Program-made: the position numbers and the translations under genes
The notes under the pieces: model-generated
The model's database searches: none
Told to the model about the DNA's origin: nothing
The model's input: only the letters and a program-made list of their open reading frames with translations
Assembly (NCBI GenBank): GCA_015680685.1
Contig: MNCI01002273.1
Coordinates: 43,018-107,017, forward strand
Direction: 5' to 3'
From: Gnetum montanum
Lineage: Eukaryota; Plantae; Gnetophyta
Length of the DNA: 64,000 nt
Shown: positions 49,046 to 63,964 of the stretch, one piece after another
Numbering within the stretch: position 1 is the stretch's first letter
How the letters are laid out: each line of letters opens with the position of its first letter

Positions 49046-52000
49046 ACCACTTGGCTTTTTTACAACTATCCATGTCTAGTGTTTCATTATGGAATTATAC
49101 TCCATTTCTTCTTTCAACACTTTTGATTTGAATTCCTTCTTAATATTTGTAAGCTCATGTAAAATATTTAANGATTCCTTCTTAATATTTGTAAGCTCAT
49201 GTAAAATATTTAAATATGAAACATGAGTTGTAACTTTAGATCTTATAAATATTCTCTTAAAAATTGAATAAAACATCAAACTAGATGGATTCTCTTATGA
49301 CATAAGGTCTGGATTCATAAACTATCTTAAACATTTCTTAAATCTCTATATGAAAAAATGAATTAATTACAAATTTTTTCATCATAAATGATAATCATAG
49401 ATATATATACTTTCTTATAAGTTAGATTAAATCATCTATATCCACTAGACTTTGAATCATAATTAATGAAAAAATATTTTTTGTATAGTTTTATCATGTT
49501 TAGATCATAAGATTCAAGATATTAAAAACTATTTGATGACTATTGAAATTAAGGTAAATATATATCATGAATATTATATAGCCCACAATGTCTTTGTACC
49601 CACTTTGGCTTTTTCTCGATTAAGTTAGAGACTTGGATACATTCTGATTTTTCAATACTTGGAGTCATCATTAGCAATCTAGATTTGACATTTCATATCA
49701 TCTATACCATCATCTCTTATCCTCTATTTTTTAGCTTATCAAAAATGATGTCTTATGTTATTGGACATGTCATTTTAGCGCCACTCTCAATTTTGACATT
49801 TGGTGGTAGCTTTAGCATCAATTTCATCTTCATCTTTTAACATCTTCATCAATGTCAAACTAGTTTTAACATCCTACATTAGAATTTTGACATCTAGCAT
49901 CAATTTTTATTTGACTTCCAATGTCAGCTCTTATCTTCAACTTTTGATATTTTGCATTAAACTAGTTTTGAGGTCTAGCATTGGACTTTTCAACATCTTA
50001 CATCAAACTTACTTTCAATGTTTAATGTTATCTTGTCTCCAGCTTTCGATGTCTTGCATTAGAATTTTAACATTTGACATTAAACTTTGTACTCTACATT
50101 ATTTCTCCTATCTAGAACCTTTTTGAATACTTAAAAATATTTTATGGATCCCATTGAATCATTCTTGCAAAGTCTACAAGACCTTTGGGATCTATATATA
50201 GGAGAATACCCCCAAATATAAAGGAGTCAGCATCTATAACCATATGGTTAGCATTTCAGATTTTTTTGTTGCTTAGAGCTTAACAATGCTTTAAGAAATA
50301 CACAATTTATTTTAGCTATCTTTTGCTTCTTTCTCTTCCTTGTTAACATATTGTATTCCCTTTGTGTTAACCTTCTAACATGCAAAGAATTGCTAAAAAT
50401 TAGATTAACATACCAATTTAATCTTTTCATTACAATACTTAGCTACTATATCTTCTTAGGTTCCAACTAGATTTGCATCAATGCACCCATTAGAGCAAGA
50501 AGGGGGTAATGTAGGCCCTTGTCAAATACCTCTAATCTCTAGTACATGTCTTAAAACATTCTTTTGTAGGTTCCTTTCTCTCTTTTGTAATTTGGATTTT
50601 CAACTTTTGAAATATTTTTATCTCCGGTTTTGCCTAGATTTGCTTCAGATCTATTCTGCTCATTTTTTCCTTATTAGCTTACATATGTTTATTGATAGAT
50701 CTATTTTCTTTTTATGTAGTTTCACATATTTACTACCAATCATATTTTTATATTGCACTATGTTTTCCCTCTTACATAAACATTTTCTATAGGGTATTTT
50801 CAACTATAAATTTACTATTTTTGCTTAATACTTGTTGACATTGGTAAAATGTCTAACTCAGCTTTATGGATTTATCCTTCAACTCCGAAGTCCCCTCTTG
50901 ATTTGAGGAAAATTACCTAAAAGCTTAGTTTCCTAGACAATTTTTTGAACACAAACTACTCGGCTCAATTTCATGTTAGGTTGTGTTGGTCTTTATTCAT
51001 TATGATGATTCCTACCATAACATCTTTGGTGATAGGAGGACCTCCATTGAAATGAACATTTTCTAGGCTCGTTCTCTATTCCAACCTTATTGTAGTTTGA
51101 ATATTTTGGACATCTTACTACTTATTTTTGTTTTGTACTAAGTACTGTAGATTTCAAATTAATGCAAAAATGTCATATCATTTTTTCTCTATAATATTTG
51201 CATCATTTTTAAAAATAGTTTCCGTCATTAACTTCTATTAATGTGTCACATTAAAATTTTTAATGTCATGTTAAAACTCTACAATTTCAGAATTTCCTTT
51301 TAAACCAAAGTCTTCTATCTTTTATTTTAAGTGCAAACTTATTACCAAGAACAAGTTCACACACTAGTGATAGACTTGTGAAATCACAAAATATTTCAAA
51401 TCACTACCATGGCTTTATAATCTACTTCAAGCATCCTCAAAATCAAGAGGCTATTGGATCTTGGGAGGAATTAGGTCTTTTCAAGTAGACTTAGCTTGAT
51501 AAATTACAAGGTAGCTTATGCTAAACTAGAGCTAGACTATGACTTGAATGCTAATGTACTTAAACTCATGGTAGAACATAAGCAAGCTAAGGACTTGGTA
51601 GATTTTATCATGGAATAAGAGAGGATGCAAGAGAAAGTTCATCTATGGATTAAAGAAGCTAGGATGAAGAGCATCATGGATTAAACTCTTGATTCTCATG
51701 TTTCTTTCAGGAAAAGGACAGGAAATATTCCTTCCAAATCAAACATCCATCTAACAAATGAAAATGAAGAACAAATAATTAGAGGACTTGACAAAGGTAA
51801 ATCCCATGCATTTGGATCTATTCTAATTTCTATTTAATCATTTAATCTTCCTCTTACTACTACTTTGCTTTATAAACATTTTCGTCCAATAATATCTATA
51901 ACCCATATTTCGTATTCCAGTCTTTAGTTCGAGCATTTAGAATAGCTTTTTATTTCATCTCTTAGCCTTAACCTATTGTATCCTCATTTCTATTATTTTT

Positions 52001-55000
52001 ATAGTCTACTCATGTTTCATAAGAGAGGATTCAAGAGAAAGTTCATCTGTGGATTAAAGAAGCTAGGATGAAGAGAATCATGGATTAAACTCTTGATTCT
52101 CATGTTTCTTTCAGGAAAAGGACAGGAAATATTCCTTCCAAATCAAACATCCATCTAACAAATGAAAATGAAGAACAAATAATTAGAGGACTTGACAAAG
52201 GTAAATCCCATGCACTTGGATCTATTCTAATTTCTATTTAATCATTTAATCTTCCTCTTACTACTAGTTTGCTTTATAAACATTTTCGTCCAATAATATC
52301 TATAACCCATATTTCGTATTCCAGTCTTTAGTTTGAGCATTTAGAATAGCTTTTTATTTCATCTCTTAGCCTTAACCTATTGTATCCTCATTTCTATTAT
52401 TTTTATAGTCTACTCATGTTTCATAGCCCTTTGGTGTTCCACAAGCCACAAGTACTTTTATTTTCCCTATATACCAATCTAGCACAATTTCATTAGGTAT
52501 ACCTACCCTAGCTTTAAGTGGGTCCATGCATTAGGTGTCTCCTCTCTAAACTTCTTTACTAGGTACTACAAGAGACTCATAGTTGCTTGTACTACTTAAT
52601 GACATGATGTTGTGTCTTAAAAGTAATGAAGAAAAAATGGAAAAGGTACTTAACTTACAAGAAAATGATTCAATTTTCTTGTATAAAATATTAAATGATT
52701 CCATTAGCTCTACAATCTCTTTTCTAATCCTACCTAAAGGAATTTCACTGCCTACCTTCACCAAGTTTAATGGTGAAATTGGAGATTCCATAAATGATAT
52801 GACTAATTTTAGAAATGAGTGCATGCTTTTCCATCCTTACCCTCACATAGTACTTAGATGCATCTCCAGCTTACTATCTAGAAAAGGTTTGGAATGGTAT
52901 AGATTCTTAGTATATAGATTTATCACCTCTTTGAAGTAATTTCTTACAACCTTCATTAAAGAATCAAGTTTAGTATGCCTCAAATCACTAGTGTTATGTT
53001 TTTTGTTAGCATTAACTAGGCTTTGAATGAACCCATCAATACATTCATCTCTCAATGAATAGTGGAAGCAATACAATTTCCTTATCATTTGAATGAATCT
53101 CAATTGCAATAAATCTTTAAAGAAGCTTTCATTGACTATATTCAGAACAGGATGGCTTATTCTATGCCTCATTATCTGAATGATGCTTTCTTAGCCTGCA
53201 TAAGAATTAAAGAAACCACTAATGAATGTAATGGCTAGGAATTCATGGAAGTTCATAACAAAGCTACCAAGGCTGCTAAACAAGAGAAAGTAACCCAACT
53301 TTTGTAGGTGTTTCTTCTCTTTCTAAGAGGAAAAGTAATGTTTTTAAACTACTTACTTATTTGCTCAACAATATAGAATTTAGAGGAGTAAAGAATAATA
53401 CATTAAAATACCTATGAGGTAGTCTTTGCTCTTGAATAATCTTCTTAGGAATGATTACTTTAAGAAGAAGAAAGTCTCCAATCAAGTGAAAGCCTATTTC
53501 CATTACATTTAGTTGATAGTATGGATTCTTCTTAGTAGTAAGAATGAGATCTTGAGATTCCTAACTATTAGAACTATCCCAAATATTGTTATTACCATGT
53601 CAATGCTAAACATGATATAGACAACTACAAAAATCCAAAAGATGATGTCTAGGATCTCATTAATTAGGGCAAGATATTTATGGAAAGTAATCCATTCAAT
53701 ATGCATTCAAATAACTAGTAACTAAAAATATTTCAAAATTCCTTAAAGGTTGGAGGGACAATTTTAGCTTTCAGGTCTAAATACAAAGTTAGTAAGTCTC
53801 TACCTAAAGAGCCATACATCATTTGCTGGATTGATTATAATTAATCTAGGTAGTTGTCACTAAAACCATAGAAGCTCTATGTGATCCTTGGTCTCACTAG
53901 ACTATACCATTTAAGTCCAAGTGCTCATCCTTGCCTCCCTATCATATTTATGCTACTAACTTCCATCCTTTAATTCTTTTTGAACCTTAATGTTTAATTA
54001 CTTTTCATCCCACTTCATCTAGTTCTAAATCTCAAAATGCCTCTACATATGTTACACCTTACACATCTCCTTTTCCTTCACCTGATGTAAATCTCTTGAC
54101 TAGCAGTCAACTGACTAATAAGCCTTGCTTGACTAAGTAGATGGAGAAGGTAATTCATGCTTCAAAGCAACCTTCCAAATTAACAAAGAAAGTTTTCTTT
54201 TAGCATTAGTAAGAGGCTACATCTTCAAGTGGTCTCCCATCTTCTTCTAGTCATATTTAGCCTATTACAATAGCATCTACTTCAAAACCATCTCAATCTA
54301 TGAATAGTAAGGTCTTACAAAAAAAGGACCTTAATTTTCCACTTGAAAGACACCAATCTATCCTTGTATGAAATTGTGGCAACTTCTACATAATATTAAT
54401 CTATACTATATTATGTGCTAAAAAATATTGTAGTACCAAATGATATTACTACGTGGAAAAAAGCTATATCCCCCTTTCTTTTAGTTCCTCACTATGAATT
54501 AGATAGTTTGAACTTCCATGATGAGAATATCAAGACAAACTTGAAAATAAGGATATCTATTAGTTTCTACTTTATATCATCATCAAAGTATCTCCAAAAT
54601 CTACAGTTCCTCTAATACATGTTGATGATGGTGTTGGATCAAATGTGATCATGAGGGTTATTATCAAGTGTCTTGCCCTATAGGATTAGTTAATGTATAA
54701 TGAAACCTATAATAATCTCATTTCCTTTAACGGTATATGAGTAGAGGTTTTAGGTTTTATTAGGATACCATTCATGGTAGGTAACATTGTGTAGTTTGAT
54801 GCCATTTTTTTGATGATACATAAATGCCTTGGTGTTAACATCATATTAGGAAATCCTTAGCTAGCTCAACACAAAGTTGTTTCTTCTCCTATACATCAAT
54901 AGATTCATATAACTATTCATAATTATAAGGTTATAATCTCTATGGATAGGAAGATTCCTATTGTCTCTCACTTAGATAGAATGATACATTCTTATTAGCT

Positions 55001-55200
55001 TCGTTGCAAATTGACCTAAATTCAACTTGAACCTATAGGTAAGCCTACAACATCTTACTTCTCCAACAACTTTGAGGCTATTTCTAATTCTACAAACTTG
55101 GGCAACAAGCCTATTCTTAGTGTTGAATTTATAGATTTAGGCTTTTGTGAACTAGAAATATCTTCACCTAAGAAAATATTTGAAAGAACTAACAAATTAA
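49046..55200 (+). mobile_element. Element G: very old Tat-type remnant (possible LTR, PBS-like ~50490-50507, gag, protease)
   Basis: gag LPKGISLPTFTKFNGEIGD...KGLEWY (52583-52939); protease IHVDDGVGSNVI (~54615), IILGNP*LA..SSPIHQ. LTR limits are uncertain. Confidence 0.7.
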
Positions 55201-55617
55201 GAATTTTTAGAGCTTTAAAGTATAAAAACTTGTAAGAATTATAGAATAGCTAAGATAAAGAGATTCAATTGCAAGAATGTAATCTCAATAAAAGAATGAG
55301 AGCCAAAGTGTGATAATTAGAGTCAAGGTATAAGAATGCAAGTAGTTGTATGAATCATCAATATTGTGAGAATTCCATTATGAGAATGAGAGAAAGGAAG
55401 GGAGCAAAGTTCTTAAGAAAAATTTAGTGTAGAAATGATAAATGAACACATATAAATTTTTTTTTAAAAAAGAATGTCTTACTCTTAGTTTTAGTAGCAA
55501 GAATGAAATAAAATTTATATAATTTGTAGGGAGTGTATAATAAAGGTTACTACTCCACTTACAGTTAAGGATCATGAATGAGAATTGTATCTCTTATCAA
55601 ATGAATGATCATAAAGT

Positions 55618-56944
55618 TGATGATTGAGAACTTAGAAGGAGGGTTGAATAAGTTCATCAAAATAAAATTGCAGTAGCCACATGAACACACCAAATTTTAT
55701 GTGGTTCCCCAACTTGGGTACATTCACACTTGGAGGGTAGAATCCATGCACATATTTGAACTTTGTTTCTTCAAAAATGTGGTTTAGAGGACATCACAAC
55801 CTTTACAAGATTTGAGTTCTACTATGGAGAGTTTTTTCGCTACAAAATCTCTCAACCCCAGAGGTCCCAACAAGCTCAAAATGTGGTTTGAAGGGTAATA
55901 GAGCTTGTACAAGCTCTANTAGCTACAAAACACTTTGGAGCAAAGCTTAGAGCTTGTACAAGCTCTATTACCCTTCAAACCACATTTTGAGCTTGTTGGG
56001 ACCTCTGGGGTTGAGAGATTTTGTAGCGAAAAAACTCTCCATAGTAGAACTCAAATCTTGTAAAGGTTGTGATGTCCTCTAAACCACATTTTTGAAGAAA
56101 CAAAGTTCAAATATGTGCATGGATTCTACCCTCCAAGTGTGAATGTACCCAAGTTGGGGAACCACATAAAATTTGGTGTGTTCATGTGGCTACTGCAATT
56201 TTATTTTGATGAACTTATTCAACCCTCCTTCTAAGTTCTCAATCATCAACTTTATGATCATTCATTTGATAAGAGATACAATTCTCATTCATGATCCTTA
56301 ACTGTAAGTGGAGTAGTAACCTTTATTATACACTCCCTACAAATTATATAAATTTTATTTCATTCTTGCTACTAAAACTAAGAGTAAGACATTCTTTTTT
56401 AAAAAAAAATTTATATGTGTTCATTTATCATNAGTTTTTAAAAATAGCTCAAAATTCATTCAAAAGCTATTCAAAAACTAGTGTAAATGTCTCCTTCAAG
56501 ATTGGGATGTCTTTATGTATTCAGCTTCAACTCTAGGGAGACACCTTCTTTTCAAAGGTCTCCTATTTCTCAGAGATGTCTTCATATGATTGAATTCCTC
56601 TTGGCCAAGATGTCTTCTATTCCTTGGAGCCATCTTCTCAACTTTTGAGCTTTGGTTCTTTAGGATTTCTCTTGTTCACTTAGCTTCCTTTTAGTCCCTA
56701 GAGCATCTTACTTTAGCTTGTAGTCTTCATACTTTTCCATGCTCTCATTTTGCCTATGAAGTCTTCATAATGACATCTCTACATAGATCTCATGACATCT
56801 CAATGTAGATCTCATTTTCAAACTCAACTCTTATCCTAAAGTCCTTACTGATTTATGGTCCTGCTAGACTACAAACACATTTTCATATTCTTCATTTTTC
56901 TTAAGGTTTTGACATACCCAAAGGTCAAAAATCTCCTCCTTTTT
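55618..56944 (-). mobile_element. Element H: SIRE/Maximus-like copia 3' LTR with PPT
   Basis: On the minus strand, AAAAAGGAGGAGAT (cf. SIRE AAAGGGGGAGAT) precedes the LTR, which ends CTTATTCAACCCTCCTTCTAAG...CATCA (cf. CTATTCACCCCCCTCTAG). No coding sequence in the window. Confidence 0.6.
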
Positions 56945-56976
56945 AGTGATGTTCAAAACTTAAGAAAATGGATTAG

Positions 56977-57784
56977 TGATGAGTGGCAAGATACCCCTAC
57001 AAGCTTTACATGCGCGATCCAGTTGAACTCCACAGACTAAGTGCCTAAACACCTTATGGAACACCTAAGGTTAATCATTTGTTGTCTTCCTAGACTTGTA
57101 TTTGTCATGGTTGTATGGTTAAGTAAGTCTAAGGTATGTGATTTTTATAGTTTTTATATTTTATCTCCTATGCAAATGAGGTGAAGGGTGAAGAGACTAA
57201 TTAACTAACTTTCACTAAATAACTAAGCCTTAATTAACCTAGCATTAGCATCCATTCTCACTTACCATTCTCACCCTGAACCAATGCAACCTTGGTTACC
57301 AAACACTATTCATTACTTGGATTCCCAAGTGTAACACACGTGCTTAAAGCGGTCGTACTGAATCCACTTAACTACTGGAGAAGGGTTGAGAGAGATTTAA
57401 TTAACTAATAAACTATTTAAATGATAAATAATAAATAATAATAAATAAATTCCTAATTAGCCTAGTCCATGCACTGCAAGGTTTATCTAAGAAGTTCGTC
57501 TTTATTTCTGTATACAAACTTGTGTTTAGGTACAATATTTGCTCGAATAAAGATCCGTTCACTTTGGAGCTCCTACTATGGGCACATGGAAATTATTATA
57601 TCTCTGCAGGGGAAAAACTACCAATTTTTTGCTAAGGGTCTAGATCTAGATGGAGAAACAAGGGAGAGTCGACTCTTATTTATAGACTTGGTGGCGCACC
57701 GTGATATCATGTACGCAATATCGCAGGGGATGACACGATATTGAGTACATGATATCTCGGCCCATGTGATATCGCATCCCATCA
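56977..57784 (-). repeat. 3' LTR of element I
   Basis: Direct repeat of 63166-63964; TG...CA ends. Confidence 0.9.
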
Positions 57785-59949
57785 TACCCCCATGACTGAA
57801 TAAAAACTTGTCCTCAAGTTTCTTACAAAATATTGGGGAGGTATGGGATTATTAACTCAAATGGAACTAATGGTGAATGGGATGACATGTGAATAAATCA
57901 TCATTATAGAACAAAAAAAAATTGGTGTTCATGACAACAAGAGTGAACACTTTATACATTTTACATCAGGCCTCATTTGGTAGCTGAGAGAGAAGAGAGA
58001 AGATAAAAGAAGTCTACTGCTACAAATGCCAGAATTGCACCTTTCATTGTCCATCTGTAAGTAGGCCATCGATATCGTTCCTTGCATAGCTGCTTCAACA
58101 CCAATCCATTTTAAATGTTCCCTCCAGATCCAATCCCTTGTTGCTTGATTGCCATCTAAACACACAACACAGTCTTTATATTAGCAAGGGTAAATGAATT
58201 TCAATGCAGTTGATACCTTACCTCAGTGAAAGTTCCATTATCTGAGTTGTGGTATGGCTGATTGTGGATCTAGAGATATAATAGTGGTGACTACTGAAGG
58301 TGTAGGGGTTAGGAGGAAATCGAAAGAATTGGACCAAGAACCCCATGATTAAGAGTGAATCTCCAGTAGCAATAGAATGGAGAAGAAAAAAGAACAAGAA
58401 AGATGGAGAAAAAGAGACAAATATAACGTCAATGAAGTGGATGTCAAGATGGAAATGAACAAAATAGAGTGGATTGCAAAAAATGTTAAGGGAAAGAATT
58501 TAATGGATGCACAAGTAGGAATGCCAGTGGGTCTCCTTTCCAAAGTAAGCTCATGCCCTTAATGCCCTAAAAAACCCACATTCAAAGAGTCCATAGGCTC
58601 TAGGAATGTCATTTGGAATAAGAGTTAATGTTTTAATTGCAAAAATTTACCAAAAAGAAAACAATGCATCCACCAAGATATGGACTACTAATACAACCAG
58701 CAATGAGGTGATAGATTGGGAAAGAATTATGGAAAGGAGAAAGTGGAATGGAGTCTCAAGAACAAGGTGGTGTAAAGTCCCTTATGTGTTTCATGATTAA
58801 TGTGACTTAGTAGATCCCATTCCAAGTCCGTCCTCAAACAAACCACATCCAGTGACTTCGCATCAATGCATTTGGAAAATCAACCCACTTGAAAAACAAG
58901 AATTCCTTCACCCAAGAGCCACCACCATTTCGAAGAAATGAAGGAGGAGAGAGAATGGGAAGCGAGGAGGGCCTTAGTTAGAGGGAACATGTTGATTTTA
59001 GTTCCACAACCAGTGCTTGTAGCCCACATGATTATTTTGTCTACGGGGTGTGCTTTGAATTCTCACTTTTTTCTCATTTGTTTTTTTTTTTATGTGTGAG
59101 AACCACACCATGCAAAGACTTATTATTTTTATTTACTCAACATCTCAGTAATTCAGAAACATCAAAACGAGAAGAAAAATCAAAAAGAAAACATCCAAGC
59201 ACCTAAGAGAATGGCCAATACAAATGCATCATGTTCCCTTGAAGTCACACCCTTTTCAATCCTTGAGTCCTTCCTTAGTTTGAGAAATGCCCAATCACCG
59301 ATTCATTGATGGTTCTTATTAGAAAGGGACTATACATTTCCAAGCCAAGAGAGACCATAGAAATTTGTGGATGAATGGATGAAGTGGACTCATTGTTTAT
59401 CATATCAAAAGAAACATTACTTAGTATCAACATCATAACTTAAAGGTAAAAATCAAAAATTAGCAATTAATAGGAAAACAGTTCATACCATCATGAAGAA
59501 TACTTATTAAATGACAAACTTGACAATATGGATAACACACACACACACACACAAAATGAAAAAGTATAATGATGTTGTAAAACAAAAACAAGAAAAGTTA
59601 AATAAACTTGTAAAACAAAAATATGCAAAAAAAATGTAAAAGAACTGAGGGCCCTGAATGATCAACATAGGCGGCCATATCCCCCATGACTGAATGGAAA
59701 GGGAGAGATCTGAAATAATGAGTGCCTATTTGAATTTTTCAAAAGTGTCCAACTTCTCCCGATTGATGTTCTTAGATTAAGGGATGGAAGTCGACGATGC
59801 TCATACTCCAATGTATCTATGCCTTCATTGTTAGCGTGGGTTGTTACCCCAGTTTTTTCCATGCATGTTGATGGGCTGCTTTCTTGATTAGCTATCAACC
59901 ACTGGGTGTTCTCTTGTTGTGTGGTTGCTACATACAGGAATTGTTGTAT

Positions 59950-62900
59950 CTATGTTTCTTGAGCACACCAGTTGCATGCAGGAGATGCTAAGCATTCCTC
60001 CATGTCATCACCCTTTGAGTCATTGTATGTGATGCATGAAAATTTCTTCTTCTCAATATTTCCATAAATATTTTCCTTAGATATTTCCAAGAAAAGATCG
60101 CAGGTCCCTAGGCATGCGTTGATAGTGCTAAGCCATGCCCTCTCCATTAAAATTGGGAAGTCCCCTTTGTTGATGTTAACTTCTATCACCAGGAAATCAG
60201 CTAGGTATGACCAACCACACATAGTGGTAATGATGTCCTCCACCAATCCCAAGGGAATGGTGATGGACTAGTTAGCCAACTCTAGTTGAATATTGCTCTT
60301 CTTGAGTTAGGGCAGGTTCTAGGCTTGATACATTTCTCGTGAGATTAAGTTGATTCTAGAACCTGAGTCAAGAAGAGCCTTACGTGGTTCATTCCCGGTG
60401 ACTTGGAGGTAGATTAAAGGACTTCCAGGGTTAGAGAGTTTCCTGGGAAGGTGGCCTACCTTGATCCAGTCAGTAACGGGTGCATTAACATAACCATATG
60501 TGTGAAGCTCTATTGTTGGACTGAAGGGAGCCCCAAAGTCTTATTTGTTGGAGGAGCATGCACAGACTCAACCGCTTGCAGTTGTGAGAGCTTGTTTGGG
60601 CTTTTGGTTCTGAAGAAAGGTCTTCTCTTTGTGTAGTTGTCAGAACTAGCAGCAAGTTGAAGGTTTACAGCTCTCATAGCATTATGTTTCTACGGTTGAG
60701 TGGGGAGTTCCCCTTGCATCATTGGAGATGGTGGTAGTGGAACTACCAGCTTAAGAGTGGCATATGGATTCTAAGGATGGTATGTATGTGAAGTATCTCC
60801 CAGAGAAGAAGGAGTCCTAAAATTCTCTTGAACTTGGTAGTGACGTTGTGGGGTTGTGTGAACCATAGAGTCACTTGGAGAAACTGGCCGCTGCATGTAA
60901 TAGCCATAAGGATCTAGTTACCAGTAAGGGTATTGTTGTCTGGACAGTGGCATCCCCCATGACTATGGGTGTTTCCACTACTAGTGTTCCCTAATAGGTT
61001 GTGGTGGAGTTCCACTTGGGTAATATGTTAACAGTTTGTGGAACTGCCTTGGGTTACCTTGGGGATAAGGTAACCTTCGGGGTGCTTGCCATTGGTTAAG
61101 TCTTGGGTTAAGTGCATACACCCCATACTCTTGCAAATGTGAGATGATTGGGCAACATCCCTTAGGATGGTCATATTGGTAGATCTCACATGCACTCTCA
61201 TTGTTTGTGTTAGAATCCACAACCTCATCAGAGATAGTCATTTTTCCCTTACCTTTGTTATGTGCATGGCCTGCATCTTTTTGCCTTTTCTTATCGTGGT
61301 TACTACTTCGTTCCTCCTTAGACTCCTCTATGATTTTTAGGACAGTTTTAATTTTACTGTCTAAGGAGCTCCATATTTCATCTACCTTAGCTGACACTTC
61401 TGTTGTTAACTTTTGGAGTGGTAAGATTTTTCTATTCACCAACTCTTCAAGTGGTGACTCATCCTCTTCATCACAGAATCTTACTCCCTTCTTCTAAAGG
61501 GAAGGATCGCGGTTATATTCTTCTTTGCTTTCTCTTTTTCATAGCTCCCCTTCTTCTTTCGCTACTTGCTCCAATAATCAATGAATTTCATGGGATCTAA
61601 GCTAAGATAATCTCCCTTGGGCATAAGTCCCAAGGGTTCTCCTAGTCTCATGTCTTAGCCCATCTACGAGGTGGCCGAGTTGATCCTGTTGTGTGTAACC
61701 ATGACCTGGGAAACGATGCAGTAATGCATAATATTGGCGCATGGCAACATCCAAGGGTTCATGATTACCTTTCTTCCATCTTTAGATCTACTTATGTAAG
61801 TTATACACTCTGGAGTACATTTGGTATTTATCGTTAAACAATTCTAACATCATACTCCATCTCCTAATGGTTTCTGGCTCTAAGGACAAGTACCAACTCT
61901 TTGCTTCCTTTATGAGTGTCCTAGGAAACAACTTTAGTTTCTGCCACTTGTTCTCAATATTTTGCAAGGAACAAGCATTGTGGAATGCCTGTAAATTATT
62001 TTTCGGATCAACATTGTATCTCCCTTCGAAGCGTGGGGATATTATTCATATCTAATCTTTTGATCCGACTATCTTTTTGATGCCTTGTGGGTATTCTCAC
62101 TACCTCTGTAATATCTAGCATACTTCAAGTGGTAAGTAGGGGTTCTTCATGATCATATCTCTCATGACATCTATGATGTCTATGTTGTTCCCTACTTTCC
62201 CTTCATTCATGCCTTGATTCTCTTGACTACCCTCGTCCTCTCTCTTGACTCTCTCGTCGAGGTCTCTTGTCTCGCTTACCTTTATCCTCACCGTTATGCT
62301 CTTTATGACTATGCTCAGATGTGGAAGGAGAGGGTGAGTGATGTGATGAAGGGAAAGAAGAAGGAGAACCATCGCCATGATGATGCTTCTTACCTTCTCT
62401 TCGATGGCTACGGTCCCGATCGTGATGATGATCCAAGTGCCCATCCTTGTCATGTGTTGTTGTTCCCTTAGTGAAAAGTTTGCATTCATGGGGATCAAAA
62501 CTATGGTTGTGTATTGTAGAGTGCAGGTTCTGATACCCCACCCCCTCACCATCATTAGGAGGAGGAACATCATTCAATGGAGAACCTGTTATAAGTGGTT
62601 CACCATCTCCAATTTCGCCTAGGACATGTTGAACTCCTTTGCCCTTCAACAATGTGTGGTGGCTATCCTACTGCAAGTCTTTTAAACATTGCACTTCTAT
62701 GGGATGGTAATCTCTTATCTCAAAATCACCTACAACGTATTCAGCATATAGATGTGTCATGCCTATCTGTGCCAGAGCACGGAGGAGTGTGTTGGGGCCT
62801 GCATGATCTGGAGGTAATACTATGTTACCTTGCAAATCCCACCAACACATTTGTTTGTCCTGATGGAGGATAAAAGTGAAATCAGGAATATACTCAACAG

Positions 62901-62950
62901 GATGAGTATAGACTACGCAATGTTGTTGAGGAACTAGCGGTTCGCGGTTA
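59950..62950 (-). pseudogene. gag: gag-protease of element I
   Basis: PRFEGRYNVDP...KLKLFPRTLIKEAKSWY (~62035-61880); protease ALLDSGSRINLI (~60380), DFLVIEV...PILMERAWL; His/Pro-rich N-terminal region. Confidence 0.85.
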
Positions 62951-63165
62951 TGTGTGTTAGACTACCGATGGTTTCTTGTATGATCCCTAGGTGGTGAATT
63001 ACTCTTATGAGAAGAAGACATCTTGATTTAATTCGGTGTGCTATTAATCATTATATAATTTTTTGTTTAATTGACCTTAAGGATTTTTTTAAGCTCCCAA
63101 TGATGTGGATAATTTCCTATGTTCTACTTAGCACACAAACACTTAGTCCCCGACAACGACACCAA

Positions 63166-63964
63166 TGATGAGTGGTGAGATACCCCTACACTCAACCATA
63201 CGAATACGAGCGTTATACACGCGATCCATTTAAACTCTGCAGACTAATTTCCTACATTCCTTATGGAACACCTAAGGTTAATCATTCGTTGTCTTCCTAG
63301 ACTTACTTGTATTTGTCAAAGTTGTATGGTTAAGTAAGTCTGAGGTATGTGATTTTTATAGTTTTTATGTTTTATCTCCTATGCAAATGAGGTGAAGGGT
63401 GAAGAGACTAATTAACTAACTTTAACTAACTAACTAAGCCTTAATTAACCTAGCATCAGCATTCGTTCCCACTTACTATTCACACCCTAAACCAATGCAA
63501 CCTTGGTTACCAAACGTTATTCGTTATTGGGATTCCCAAGCGTAACACACGTGCTCGAAGCGATCATACTGAATGCACTTAACTATGGGTGAAGGGTTGA
63601 GAGAGATTTAATTAGCTAATAAATCATTTAAATGATAAACAATAAATAACAATAAATAAAGTCCTAATCAGCCTAGTCCATGCACTGCAAGGTTTATCCA
63701 AGAAGTTTGTCTTTATTTCCATACAAAAACTTGTGTTCAGGTACAATGTTTGCTCGAATAAAGATCCATTCACTTTGGAGCTCCTACTATGGGCACATGG
63801 AAATTATTCTATCTCTGGAGGGGAAAAACTGCCAAAGTTTCGTTGAGGGTCTAGATCTAGATAGAGAAACAAGGGAGAGTGGCCTCTTATTTATAGACTT
63901 GGCAGCACACCGCGATATCGCAGGGGATGCGATATCACAGCCCATGCGATATCATGTCCCATTA
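63166..63964 (-). repeat. 5' LTR of element I
   Basis: Direct repeat of 56977-57784; adjacent to the PBS. Confidence 0.9.

Larger units (their letters stand above)
56977..63964 (-). mobile_element. Element I: complete non-autonomous Athila-like gypsy element (gag-PR only, 6988 bp)
   Basis: LTRs 56977-57784 and 63166-63964; TSD ATTAG/GTTAG; PBS TGGTGTCGTTGTCGGGGA (63147-63164, decayed tRNA-Asp type); PPT with CTTGAGGACAAG at ~57785-57820. No RT/RH/INT motifs. Confidence 0.9.

Noticed and set aside
46865-49212. (CT)n tract and short duplications at ~46898-47021 and ~49133-49212
   Set aside because: An ordinary microsatellite, and overlaps flanking single Ns.
55435-56431. Perfect ~484-bp hairpin (miRNA- or foldback-like)
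   Set aside because: The arms appear identical and end at single Ns (55919, 56432); assembly artefact, unlike the diverged, N-free arms in B.
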